Position numbers and translations under genes: made by a program. Source: Patescibacteria group bacterium (GTDB lineage Bacteria; Patescibacteriota; UBA1384; 2-12-FULL-50-11). From it: a stretch of 64,000 nucleotides of DNA. How positions within the stretch are numbered: the first letter of the stretch is position 1; each line of letters opens with the position of its first letter. Below the pieces are notes generated by a model. That model was not told the origin of the DNA, made no database searches, and was given only the letters and a program-made list of their open reading frames with translations. This document shows, piece after piece, positions 6,677 through 14,577 of the stretch. The DNA lies in assembly GCA_022843855.1 (NCBI GenBank), contig JALHMV010000003.1, forward strand, positions 6,560 to 70,559, in the 5' to 3' direction.

Positions 6677-8524
6677 ATGGCAAAAGCAAAAGCAGCAACC
6701 TCGCCGGCAAAGAAGCCGGCTTTCGAGCGCGAGATACCCGCCGAAGTGATCAACCCGGATGGCATTGAACTGACCAAGATCGACCTCTCCACCTTCGACA
6801 CGCAGCTCCGCCGACGTAACCGGCTCAGCGACGACGAAATTCTCGAGCTGGCCAACAGCATCATCGAAGCGAAGGGACTGATCCATCCGGTCGTCGTTCG
6901 TCCGAAAGGCGACCGCTACGAGCTGGTCAGCGGTGAACGGCGGTACCGGGCCGTCCAGATGCTCGGGGCAAAGACGATCGCGGCATCCGTCCGCGAACTC
7001 ACCGACGACGAGGCTCTCACGATCCAGACGATCGAGAACCTGCAACGGGTGGACGTTCATCCGCTCGACGAGGCGTTCGGCTTTGCGTCGCTGCTCAAGC
7101 AGGGAGTGGATCCCCGCGAGATAGGGCTGCGTGTCGGCAAGACGCCGTCGTTCATCGCGAAGCGTGCGTCGCTCACGAATCTGCTCCCGGACCTGATCAC
7201 CGGTATCGAGCAAAACAAGGTATCTCTGACCGAGGCGACGATGATCGCGGCCTATCCGGAGAAGATCCAGAAGAAGGCTCTCGAAAAATACGGCAAGGAC
7301 TTCTGCCAAGCCCGGTGGGTGTCGGTCGAGTCGCTCCGCGATGTGATCGACCAGGCGACCGGTGAGCTGAAAACAGCTCCGTTCAGCCTCAAGAGCGCAT
7401 CGCTCCACAAGGAAGGGCTGACCTGCGTCGAGTGCCCGAAACGCGTCGGGGCCAACCCGAACCTGTTTGGCGAGGTCGAGCTCAAAGACGACCGCTGCCT
7501 CGACACATCCTGCTACAAGGGCAAGGTCCAGAAGCATTTCGAGGCGATCCTCGACAAATGGTCGACCGAAGGGCAGAAGAAGTGGGGCTCGGATTACCAA
7601 GCCGCGAAGGTGTTTCAGTACAGCAACCCGGGCGGCTGGTTCGGGAAAGGTGCGATAGGTTCCGGCAACTACGACTCGCCCGCAAAGGATGCCAGCTATT
7701 TCCCTGAGAAGTCGGACAAGACCAAGTACTGCCCGTCCGCCGAGAACGCGCTCAAGATGGGATGGGGTGACGCGTTCCCGAAGCAAGTGAAGATCTGCCG
7801 GGATAAGGACTGCGAGATCCATTGGCCGAAGGCGGGAGCGAGTGCCAGCAAATCGCGATCGTTTAATCAGTCGCCGGAATCCCTGAATCGTCAGTTTTGG
7901 GGGAACTGCCTGGACGCCGCAGCGGTCGACATCATCACCGACCACGCCGGCAAGTGGGCAGCCAAAGAAGTCAAAGCTCTCAAGGGCCTCGAAGCCGCCG
8001 TCCGCTTCGACACCGCGGCAATGCTGGTGGCAAGTGCGGTCGAGATGGACATCGGATGGGAACGGATCAGACTGTACTTCCGCAACGAGCTCGAAGCCCT
8101 CGTCGGCTTCGATTCGGATCGCTGGATCAGCGACGTTGACGAATTCGCGTTGTGGCTGCGTGAACGACTCGAAGCGGATCAACTGCTCCGACTCGGCAAG
8201 ATCGCCGAAGCCGCGTTCGCGATGTCGTACCGCGACCTCGACTATCAGCACATTCACAACATCGCCGAGCTCGCCGGACGCAACTTCCTGACCGTGGCGG
8301 CCGGCTACGCACTTCAGACCGAGAAGCTGACCGCAGGCCAGAAAAAGAAGATCGAGGCTTGGGCTCAAAAGGTCGTAAACGGCGATCTGGTGGACGCTCC
8401 TGCCCTTTTTGGCGGCAAAGAGGCATTCGCGGTCGTCCGGGAGCGGAAAACGCTGGCAGAGCTCGATTCTCGCTACCGTAAGCAGCCCGAGAAACCCGCC
8501 GAGGGCGAGGAAGCGGCAGCATGA
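6677..8524 (+). CDS. ParB-like nuclease domain (ParB/Srx) protein with long C-terminal extension
   Basis: N-terminal GLIHPVVVRP...YELVSGERRYRA...IENLQR motifs typical of the ParB N-terminal domain. Confidence 0.7.
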   Translation: MAKAKAATSPAKKPAFEREIPAEVINPDGIELTKIDLSTFDTQLRRRNRLSDDEILELANSIIEAKGLIHPVVVRPKGDRYELVSGERRYRAVQMLGAKTIAASVRELTDDEALTIQTIENLQRVDVHPLDEAFGFASLLKQGVDPREIGLRVGKTPSFIAKRASLTNLLPDLITGIEQNKVSLTEATMIAAYPEKIQKKALEKYGKDFCQARWVSVESLRDVIDQATGELKTAPFSLKSASLHKEGLTCVECPKRVGANPNLFGEVELKDDRCLDTSCYKGKVQKHFEAILDKWSTEGQKKWGSDYQAAKVFQYSNPGGWFGKGAIGSGNYDSPAKDASYFPEKSDKTKYCPSAENALKMGWGDAFPKQVKICRDKDCEIHWPKAGASASKSRSFNQSPESLNRQFWGNCLDAAAVDIITDHAGKWAAKEVKALKGLEAAVRFDTAAMLVASAVEMDIGWERIRLYFRNELEALVGFDSDRWISDVDEFALWLRERLEADQLLRLGKIAEAAFAMSYRDLDYQHIHNIAELAGRNFLTVAAGYALQTEKLTAGQKKKIEAWAQKVVNGDLVDAPALFGGKEAFAVVRERKTLAELDSRYRKQPEKPAEGEEAAA

Positions 8525-8748
8525 GCATCATCGTGACAGATATGGCGACCGCGGAAACGTACTTTCACGACTTCGACGCGGTCAGTAAACGCACCGGCAC
8601 CCGTCTCAGGCTTTGCGGCATTGGGACCGACCGGAAGGACGCCGAACGAAGGCTCAGGACCTACAATCTCGGGCCGAACTTCGACGAGGCATTTGAGCTG
8701 CGGGAACCCGCAGAGGAGGCAAAACAACGATATGGCCGAATTGGATGA
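8521..8748 (+). CDS. hypothetical protein
   Basis: ATGA-coupled to the ParB-like gene. Confidence 0.4.
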   Translation: MSIIVTDMATAETYFHDFDAVSKRTGTRLRLCGIGTDRKDAERRLRTYNLGPNFDEAFELREPAEEAKQRYGRIG

Positions 8749-9010
8749 TCTTAATTGGAAGGACGTACGGAGCGAGAGCGAGAAAGGATCCTGGATCAAG
8801 GCGATCGCTATCGACCACGGCAACAAGAAGCTGTTCATTGAGACGGCGTCGGGAAAGGCGTACGCTTACGAGGATGTGGACGAGGAAGTGCTCAACACCA
8901 TCGACGTCAGCTGCGACGACCCGACGACCTCGACCGGTGGACTGTTCAACTCGCTTGTTCGCAACCGCTATTCCGAGCGCAAGCTCGATGCGGTCGCCGA
9001 GGCGGCGTAA
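8732..9010 (+). CDS. KTSC-domain protein
   Basis: ...AIAIDHGNKKLFIETASGKAYAYEDVDEEVLNTIDVSCDDPTTSTGGLFNSLVRNRY matches the KTSC domain pattern. GAGGAGG RBS. Confidence 0.55.
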   Translation: MAELDDLNWKDVRSESEKGSWIKAIAIDHGNKKLFIETASGKAYAYEDVDEEVLNTIDVSCDDPTTSTGGLFNSLVRNRYSERKLDAVAEAA

Positions 9011-9015
9011 ATGGG

Positions 9016-9050
9016 AAATGGGCATCCATCGCGACATGGATGCCCATTTT
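9016..9050 (+). terminator. rho-independent terminator (14-bp perfect stem AAATGGGCATCCAT/ATGGATGCCCATTT, loop CGCGAC, then TTTTGG)
   Basis: Seen in sequence immediately after the KTSC gene stop. Confidence 0.6.
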
Positions 9051-9105
9051 GGAGAAGCAAAACGAACCTAAGAACGGGAACGTCTTAACAGGAGAATGTT
9101 AACCG

Positions 9106-9327
9106 ATGCAAAACACCATTGCAAGCGAAAAACGGGCCGAGGCAGTGCGGTGGCTAGGCGGTGTCCGGCCATGCGAGGACTGCTCCGCGTACACCCCGGT
9201 AGAGAGCCTCTTCGACCACGGCGATCTACTGCTCTGCCGGCGATGCCGCGACGCATCCGTCAGACGAGCGGCCGGGCGTGCTCAACAATCACTTTTTGAC
9301 CAGCAAGGAGAATTGGAATGGGCGTAA
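9106..9327 (+). CDS. hypothetical Zn-ribbon protein (CEDC...CRRC)
   Basis: Track ORF. Shares the ACAGGAGAA-ATGCAAAACAC start cassette with the gene at 5596. Confidence 0.35.
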   Translation: MQNTIASEKRAEAVRWLGGVRPCEDCSAYTPVESLFDHGDLLLCRRCRDASVRRAAGRAQQSLFDQQGELEWA

Positions 9328-9572
9328 ACAGCAAACACGAGGTCCTCATCCTGCTCAAGGACGAGCGGATCGGAGTCATCGCCCTTGAGCTGATCCCGAG
9401 CGTGAACACATTCACGGTCGCCAAGTTCGACACGAGCACCATGCCGGCACCGGTCACCCGGACCAACTTCATGGGCGAAGACAGCGCAATGGACGCCTAC
9501 ACTCAAGCCGAAAAGACCTCGCTCGAACGCGGCTGGACGATCGCACATCGCGGGGAACGTAACCGCGGATAG
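9318..9572 (+). CDS. hypothetical protein
   Basis: Track ORF with AAGGAG RBS. Confidence 0.35.
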   Translation: MGVNSKHEVLILLKDERIGVIALELIPSVNTFTVAKFDTSTMPAPVTRTNFMGEDSAMDAYTQAEKTSLERGWTIAHRGERNRG

Positions 9573-9580
9573 CAAAAACG

Positions 9581-10114
9581 ATGAAAGGCTACACAAAGAA
9601 ACCATGCCACGGATGCGGCGAAGTGCCGGAGAGTTACGGCGGACGGCCGACCGAAGGCGTTTGCGCGTCATGCTCCAAACTGCTTGAGTTCGCGAAGAAA
9701 ACAAAGGCCCGTTTGGAGACGAACCCCGAGAAGGGGCTGTACAAGCTGCCGTGGGCTCATTACGAACTGCCGTACATCAGCAAGACCGATACGGCCTTTT
9801 ACGACGAGGATCCCACCCCAACGACGAAGTTTCAAAAGGCGATCTTTCGTCTCATCCACGCGGTCGCAGAGATCGATAATCTCAACAAGCGATACGGCCC
9901 TGAGGATCACGTGGTCGAAGGCACAAAGTCACATGAAGGCCTGGGCTGGCTGAACCCCGGAGTTCGGGATGATCTGAACACGATCTATTTGTCCGTAATG
10001 GCGATGACCGAGGAAGCGTATGCCAAGGGCAAGAAAGACGGTGAGCGTTTCATCGTCGCACTCGCCACCGGCGATGTTTCGATCGAGAGATTCAACGAAG
10101 TAGTGACGAAATAG
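9581..10114 (+). CDS. hypothetical protein with N-terminal Zn-ribbon (CHGCG...CASC)
   Basis: Track ORF. Confidence 0.4.
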   Translation: MKGYTKKPCHGCGEVPESYGGRPTEGVCASCSKLLEFAKKTKARLETNPEKGLYKLPWAHYELPYISKTDTAFYDEDPTPTTKFQKAIFRLIHAVAEIDNLNKRYGPEDHVVEGTKSHEGLGWLNPGVRDDLNTIYLSVMAMTEEAYAKGKKDGERFIVALATGDVSIERFNEVVTK

Positions 10115-10120
10115 ATACAA

Positions 10121-10453
10121 ATGAAGTGGGATGAGATCAAGCAAACAGCCGATTGCCGATGTTGTAAAGGGACGGGCAAGACCTACGACCATCGGGAGAT
10201 TGGGCGAACGGTCAAGGATGCAAGAAAAGCGGCGGGGCTGAAACTGTGGGAAGTACATCGAGGTTCCGGTTATTCCATTTCCTACATCTGCGATCTTGAA
10301 CAAGGGCGAAAGCCGTGGAGTTCAGAGCCTTACGAGAAAATAATGGGAGCGATACTGCGGTTGATCAAGAGCGGCCCATTTGCCTATCGACGATACAATT
10401 CACCGGAACAAGACGAAGTAACACAGGGAGCTGACCAGGGCGATGACGCCTGA
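10121..10453 (+). CDS. XRE-family helix-turn-helix DNA-binding protein
   Basis: IGRTVKDARKAAGLKLWEVHRGSGYSISYICDLEQGRKP resembles a Cro/C1-type HTH. Confidence 0.5.
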   Translation: MKWDEIKQTADCRCCKGTGKTYDHREIGRTVKDARKAAGLKLWEVHRGSGYSISYICDLEQGRKPWSSEPYEKIMGAILRLIKSGPFAYRRYNSPEQDEVTQGADQGDDA

Positions 10454-10554
10454 CCACTGCAAAGCCAGACGCCGGGCATATCGGTCGTTGTAGCGGACGA
10501 TGTCGCGGTGCTCACGAGTCATAATCACGATGGACTAGGGAATTATACACAAAG

Positions 10555-10598
10555 TTGATTCAAAGCGGCGCAACCCTATAAAGAGCGCGCAACCCTAT
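10555..10598 (+). promoter_or_regulatory. promoter (TTGATT-N16-TATAAA) with 12-nt direct repeat GCGCAACCCTAT x2 (second copy overlaps the TerS-like start codon)
   Basis: Seen in sequence. Repeats at ~10568-10579 and ~10587-10598. Confidence 0.4.
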
Positions 10599-11298
10599 GA
10601 AGCAAAAAGCACCGGCGAAAAAACGTAAATGCGGAGCCAAAACAAAGACCACAGGGCTTCCGTGCGAAAAGTCGCCAATGACAAATGGCCGATGCAGGCT
10701 TCACGGCGGCAAAACACCGTCCGGCACGGCCAGTCCGCACTACAAACACGGCCTCTATTCGCGTTATCTACCGAAACCACTCCGAACCACCTTCGATTCC
10801 GTCGCCGAGGATCCAAAGCTTAACGAGCTATCGACCGAGATACAGCTGATCACAGCACTACTCGAACGCAGGCTTTCGCTGCTGTCGTCCAGCATCGGTG
10901 ACGACGATGCGATGGATCTTGCCGAGGAAGAATTCAACGCACTCGACGACGCTCTGTTTGCAAATGACATCAAGGCGGCTAAAATGGTCGCGAAGTCGCT
11001 TCGGAAGACGATTCTGGCGGCACGGCGCGAATATCAGATCTTCGACGAGGTCAAAGAACTGATCGCTCAGAAGGAAAAGCTGGTCCGGGCAGAATCGTTC
11101 CGGCTGGACAAACTCGGGGGCAATGTGCCGGTCGGACAAGTGATCGTTTACATCAACAAGGTCGAGAAGGCGATGGCAGTGATCCCGGATGCAGAGATAC
11201 GCGCAGCAGTTGTTGGGGAATTCAAAAGGCTTCTTGGCCCGGAGCTTCGTAGCGGCCTTGGAGGGGAAGAATTTAGGGACGGCGGTCCAGGCGAATAA
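10597..11298 (+). CDS. putative terminase small subunit-like protein (N-terminal Zn-ribbon/HGG motif ...NGRCRLHGGKTPSG...HYKHGLYS)
   Basis: This motif recurs in phage proteins found immediately upstream of large terminase genes. Position before the TerL-like gene. Identity from memory only. Confidence 0.4.
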   Translation: MKQKAPAKKRKCGAKTKTTGLPCEKSPMTNGRCRLHGGKTPSGTASPHYKHGLYSRYLPKPLRTTFDSVAEDPKLNELSTEIQLITALLERRLSLLSSSIGDDDAMDLAEEEFNALDDALFANDIKAAKMVAKSLRKTILAARREYQIFDEVKELIAQKEKLVRAESFRLDKLGGNVPVGQVIVYINKVEKAMAVIPDAEIRAAVVGEFKRLLGPELRSGLGGEEFRDGGPGE

Positions 11299-13456
11299 GC
11301 AAGACAACTTTCAGCTATCGAACGAATTGAAGGCGGCGATCCGGAAGAATTGGAGAGCCGCCTATTCTTTGCTCTTCGGCGACGAATTCGTTGATGTCCT
11401 CGCTCCGCACCACGAGCGAACGATCCGCTGGCATTGGGCTGCCCGGCACCGCATTTGCCGCAACGAGCGGCCTTTCCGCGGCTACTACGCGGATTTCCCG
11501 ATGTGGTCACGCGGTCACATGAAATCGACGATTGCGCGGCGTCTGGCGATCATGGACGCGGTCATTGAGCTGTTCTACGGGCGAAGCGGTTACTGCCTGT
11601 ACTTCTCCGGCACGGACAACAAGACCGAGAAGCACGCTCTTTCGATAATGCAGCTCCTGCAATCGTCCGCACTCCAAAAACATGCCCCAACCCTGACGAT
11701 GGTCAAGCGGGACGCTCAGACGAACAGCAGCCGCGGATGGAAGGCCACTCTGCTCTACACCGCAAGCGGCCATGTGTTCCACTTCGGTTCGCTGCAATCG
11801 GGACTGGCAGGCGGCAACATCGACAACGTCCGGCCGAGCATCATCATCCCGGACGACATCGACGACCGTAAGCTGTCCGCCACGATCACCGAGAAGAACT
11901 TCGAAACCTTCACCAGCGAGATCCTGCCGATGGGTGCGATCGGAACTCTGACCGTTTGGGCTCAGAACCTCATCAATCGCCATTCGATCATGTACCGGAT
12001 CTACACCAACCAAGCGCGAGTGCTCGTCAATCGCCGACCGTCGCGGCCGGTGCCGGCAGTTGTCGGGCTGCTCACAGAAAAGCGGAAGACCACGGTCCTC
12101 GGGATCGAGATAGTCCGCGATGTGATCACTGCCGGAACGGCAACATGGAGGTATATGGACATAACAGCGTGCCAGGACGAGCTCGACCGCATCGGCCTGC
12201 CGGCGTTCATGCGGGAGTGCCAGCACGAGGTCGAGGGCGAGGACGAGCGACGTATGCTCCACGCCTATCGTGACGACATTCATTGCATTTCGACGAGCGA
12301 ATTCGCATCGGTCTTCGGAACGACCGCGATGCCGAAATCGTGGCGTAAGGAATGGGGAAACGATTGGGCGAGAACCAAGACGCGATTCCACGCGAACGTC
12401 GCTCTCTGGCGGACCGTCTCACCGCGGAATTCACCGCTGCCCGGCTTCGAGTTCATCTTCAACCCGATGAGCTTCAAGGCGAACGCTCAGTTCGAGGACG
12501 TCGCCGAGCGTGTTCTCGGCTGCCTCGACGAGTACGCAGTGCGGCGGATCGGCGGATCCGGCAACAAGACCTGGTCGGACCTTCGCCGGGAGGAGCTGCT
12601 TCGCATCAACTCGGCCGCTCACGCTCAGAGCTCGCTCGAACGGATCGAGCTGGAACAATCTGCTCTGGCCGAGATAATACCGCAATACTCCGAACCGCTG
12701 CTTCAAGAGCACAACGTCATCGGCGGCGTCGTCTCGCACGAGCGGGAGGACATTAGACGGGCTTACGCGACCGTGTACGGGCTTTCGTGCGTCGGTGTCA
12801 ATCCCGGGAAGTTCGGCGGCGTAGAGCAGATCAACCGGGCGATGGCGGTCGACACCACCGAGGACCATCCGTTCCGGCCGGGCGTCAAAGGCTTCACACG
12901 CTGGTTCGTCGTCGTGCCGGACGACACCACCGTCAAGCCGCGGCTGGTCAACGGACTGCTCGTCTATCCGCCGAAGCCGTACCCGAAGAACATGGCTGCC
13001 GAAGATCTGCACGACGACGACCTGTTTCGCCGGCAGATGATCGAGTGGGAAATGGCAGAGCCGAAGCTGCTCGAATCCGGCGAGAAGATCGACGAGCCGG
13101 TCAAGGCGATGGACGACTTCGGCAACGAGCTGCAAATGATGTACGTCAACGGCGGACTCGACAACGAACCGCTGTCCATTCGCGAGGAGTACGAGCTGCT
13201 GGTCGAGCAGTCACCGGTGCAGGGCGTGATCGATGCGACCACCGAGCGAACGCGGTTCACCCGAATCCAACAGCTCGAAAAACTCGAGATCCGCGATCGG
13301 GCTCTTCGCCAGCTGCGGCATCGCCACGGCGACGATGCCGACGAGGACCTGACGCGGCAGATCCACTTCGACGACGACGATCCGGGGCCGGCCAACCCGC
13401 TCGACGAGGATGTCGATTTCGACGGCGATTCGGGGCCATGGTTCCAACCCCGTTGA
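11189..13456 (+). CDS. putative terminase large subunit (755 aa)
   Basis: Position after the TerS-like gene. Deviant P-loop-like SRGHMKST and a hydrophobic IIIPDD Walker-B-like segment. High GC3 from the ATG at 11189. Alternative TTG start at 11327. Confidence 0.4.
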   Translation: MQRYAQQLLGNSKGFLARSFVAALEGKNLGTAVQANKQDNFQLSNELKAAIRKNWRAAYSLLFGDEFVDVLAPHHERTIRWHWAARHRICRNERPFRGYYADFPMWSRGHMKSTIARRLAIMDAVIELFYGRSGYCLYFSGTDNKTEKHALSIMQLLQSSALQKHAPTLTMVKRDAQTNSSRGWKATLLYTASGHVFHFGSLQSGLAGGNIDNVRPSIIIPDDIDDRKLSATITEKNFETFTSEILPMGAIGTLTVWAQNLINRHSIMYRIYTNQARVLVNRRPSRPVPAVVGLLTEKRKTTVLGIEIVRDVITAGTATWRYMDITACQDELDRIGLPAFMRECQHEVEGEDERRMLHAYRDDIHCISTSEFASVFGTTAMPKSWRKEWGNDWARTKTRFHANVALWRTVSPRNSPLPGFEFIFNPMSFKANAQFEDVAERVLGCLDEYAVRRIGGSGNKTWSDLRREELLRINSAAHAQSSLERIELEQSALAEIIPQYSEPLLQEHNVIGGVVSHEREDIRRAYATVYGLSCVGVNPGKFGGVEQINRAMAVDTTEDHPFRPGVKGFTRWFVVVPDDTTVKPRLVNGLLVYPPKPYPKNMAAEDLHDDDLFRRQMIEWEMAEPKLLESGEKIDEPVKAMDDFGNELQMMYVNGGLDNEPLSIREEYELLVEQSPVQGVIDATTERTRFTRIQQLEKLEIRDRALRQLRHRHGDDADEDLTRQIHFDDDDPGPANPLDEDVDFDGDSGPWFQPR

Positions 13457-13515
13457 CATTTTCGCGGACTCTGGTAAATTGAACCTCAGCCACCTGCTTG
13501 CTACGAGCGAGCTTA

Positions 13516-13719
13516 ATGATCCGTCCCATAACCTGCCCGAACTGCAAAAAAGTTTCCGCCTGGTACGACGATGTTCAATGCTGCCTGATCGAGATCGAGA
13601 TGCCGCCCGGAATCATGGTTTTCGGTGCATATTTCACATGTCAGAGCTGTTCGGCCCGGTTCTCGTTCAACGGCTTGAAGCTGAAAAAGCTTCGCCAGCA
13701 GAGGAAAAGACACGAGTGA
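13516..13719 (+). CDS. small Zn-ribbon protein (CPNC...CQSC)
   Basis: ATG at 13516. In frame with track ORF 13498..13719. Confidence 0.4.
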   Translation: MIRPITCPNCKKVSAWYDDVQCCLIEIEMPPGIMVFGAYFTCQSCSARFSFNGLKLKKLRQQRKRHE

Positions 13720-13722
13720 GTA

Positions 13723-13831
13723 TTGACGTTCTCGCAAAAATGACGTAAATTTTTCGCAAATTTGAAGCGGCCGTACGGCCCGATCCGGATGAGAGCTCCG
13801 CGACGCTAATACAGCGTTGCGGAGCTTTTTT
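13723..13831 (+). promoter_or_regulatory. copy A of a thrice-repeated element: -35/-10-like (TTGACG-N17-TAAATT), conserved box TGAAGCGGCCGTACGGCCCGAnCCGGATGAnAGCTCCGC, terminator-like hairpin, T-run
   Basis: Alignment of the three copies (13763-13831, 33508-33575, 57277-57342) shows compensatory stem changes. Confidence 0.5.
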
Positions 13832-13862
13832 AATTGGCCAACACACACAGGAGATTTTAACG

Positions 13863-14165
13863 ATGTCTGAAACCTATCACGTTGCAACACAGCCTATCCG
13901 CTCAGGAGTCCGTGGCGGCATCAAGTTCGGCGAGCGCCAAGGAATGCTCGTGGATGGCGACCTGACCAGCGAGGCCAACGCCATTGCTGCGGTCGAGGCC
14001 GACCAGGCGACCCGCCACACCGCGGAGAACAACTTCGCACAACGCGTGATCCCGTCGCTCGAAGCTGCCGACGAGTTCGTGCCCGGCTTCACGTCCGGGG
14101 GCAGTATCGACGCGATCGATGTGATCACCGAGGAGGGCGACGAGCACCAGACGCTCCACTTCTAG
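13863..14165 (+). CDS. hypothetical protein (first gene after element A)
   Basis: Track ORF with AGGAG RBS. Confidence 0.4.
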   Translation: MSETYHVATQPIRSGVRGGIKFGERQGMLVDGDLTSEANAIAAVEADQATRHTAENNFAQRVIPSLEAADEFVPGFTSGGSIDAIDVITEEGDEHQTLHF

Positions 14166-14166
14166 G

Positions 14167-14577
14167 ATGGGAAAGCTTGCGGAATGGTTATGGACACGGC
14201 GGCTCTGCGAGGAACAGGCGGCAAGGATCAGCCATCTTGACGCCCAGAACGCAAAACTGCGCGAACGCCTCTACCAAGAGATCGACGCGAACCGCCGACG
14301 CGAGGACGCTCTCGTCGGAGCCATAACGCAAGCAGCCCTGGGCGAGCGGAGCGTAACTCCATTCCACGCTCCGCTCGCCAACGTACCCGATGAGCCACCG
14401 GATCCCGAAGACCTCGAACTCGACGAAATAGCGCCGAACGGGGTGCCGGAAGTGGTGATCCAGCAACGCATAAAACAGTACGTCATCGCCGCCGCGGAGC
14501 GGGGAGCGCCGTACCCGCCCGACGCGATCGAGCAGCTACGCGAAAAGCTTAGGACCTGCCCGCCCGAGGACATTTGA
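14167..14577 (+). CDS. hypothetical protein
   Basis: Track ORF. Confidence 0.4.
   Translation: MGKLAEWLWTRRLCEEQAARISHLDAQNAKLRERLYQEIDANRRREDALVGAITQAALGERSVTPFHAPLANVPDEPPDPEDLELDEIAPNGVPEVVIQQRIKQYVIAAAERGAPYPPDAIEQLREKLRTCPPEDI

Noticed and set aside
6635-8368. 577-aa ORF on the minus strand antisense to the ParB-like gene. Similar long minus ORFs occur at 5542..6387, 11507..12391, 17109..18611, 39317..40459, 48323..49843, 50894..52117 and 52883..53896.
   Set aside because: Each lies entirely antisense to a + strand gene with clear domain content or gene coupling. Their compositions (Arg/Leu/Val-rich) are typical of spurious stop-poor frames in ~62% GC DNA. No RBS or gene-coupling signals were seen.
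13410-13748. 112-aa + ORF spanning the TerL end and the small Zn-ribbon gene
   Set aside because: Overlaps two better-supported genes. The in-frame Zn-ribbon gene (13516..13719) has CxxC pairs.
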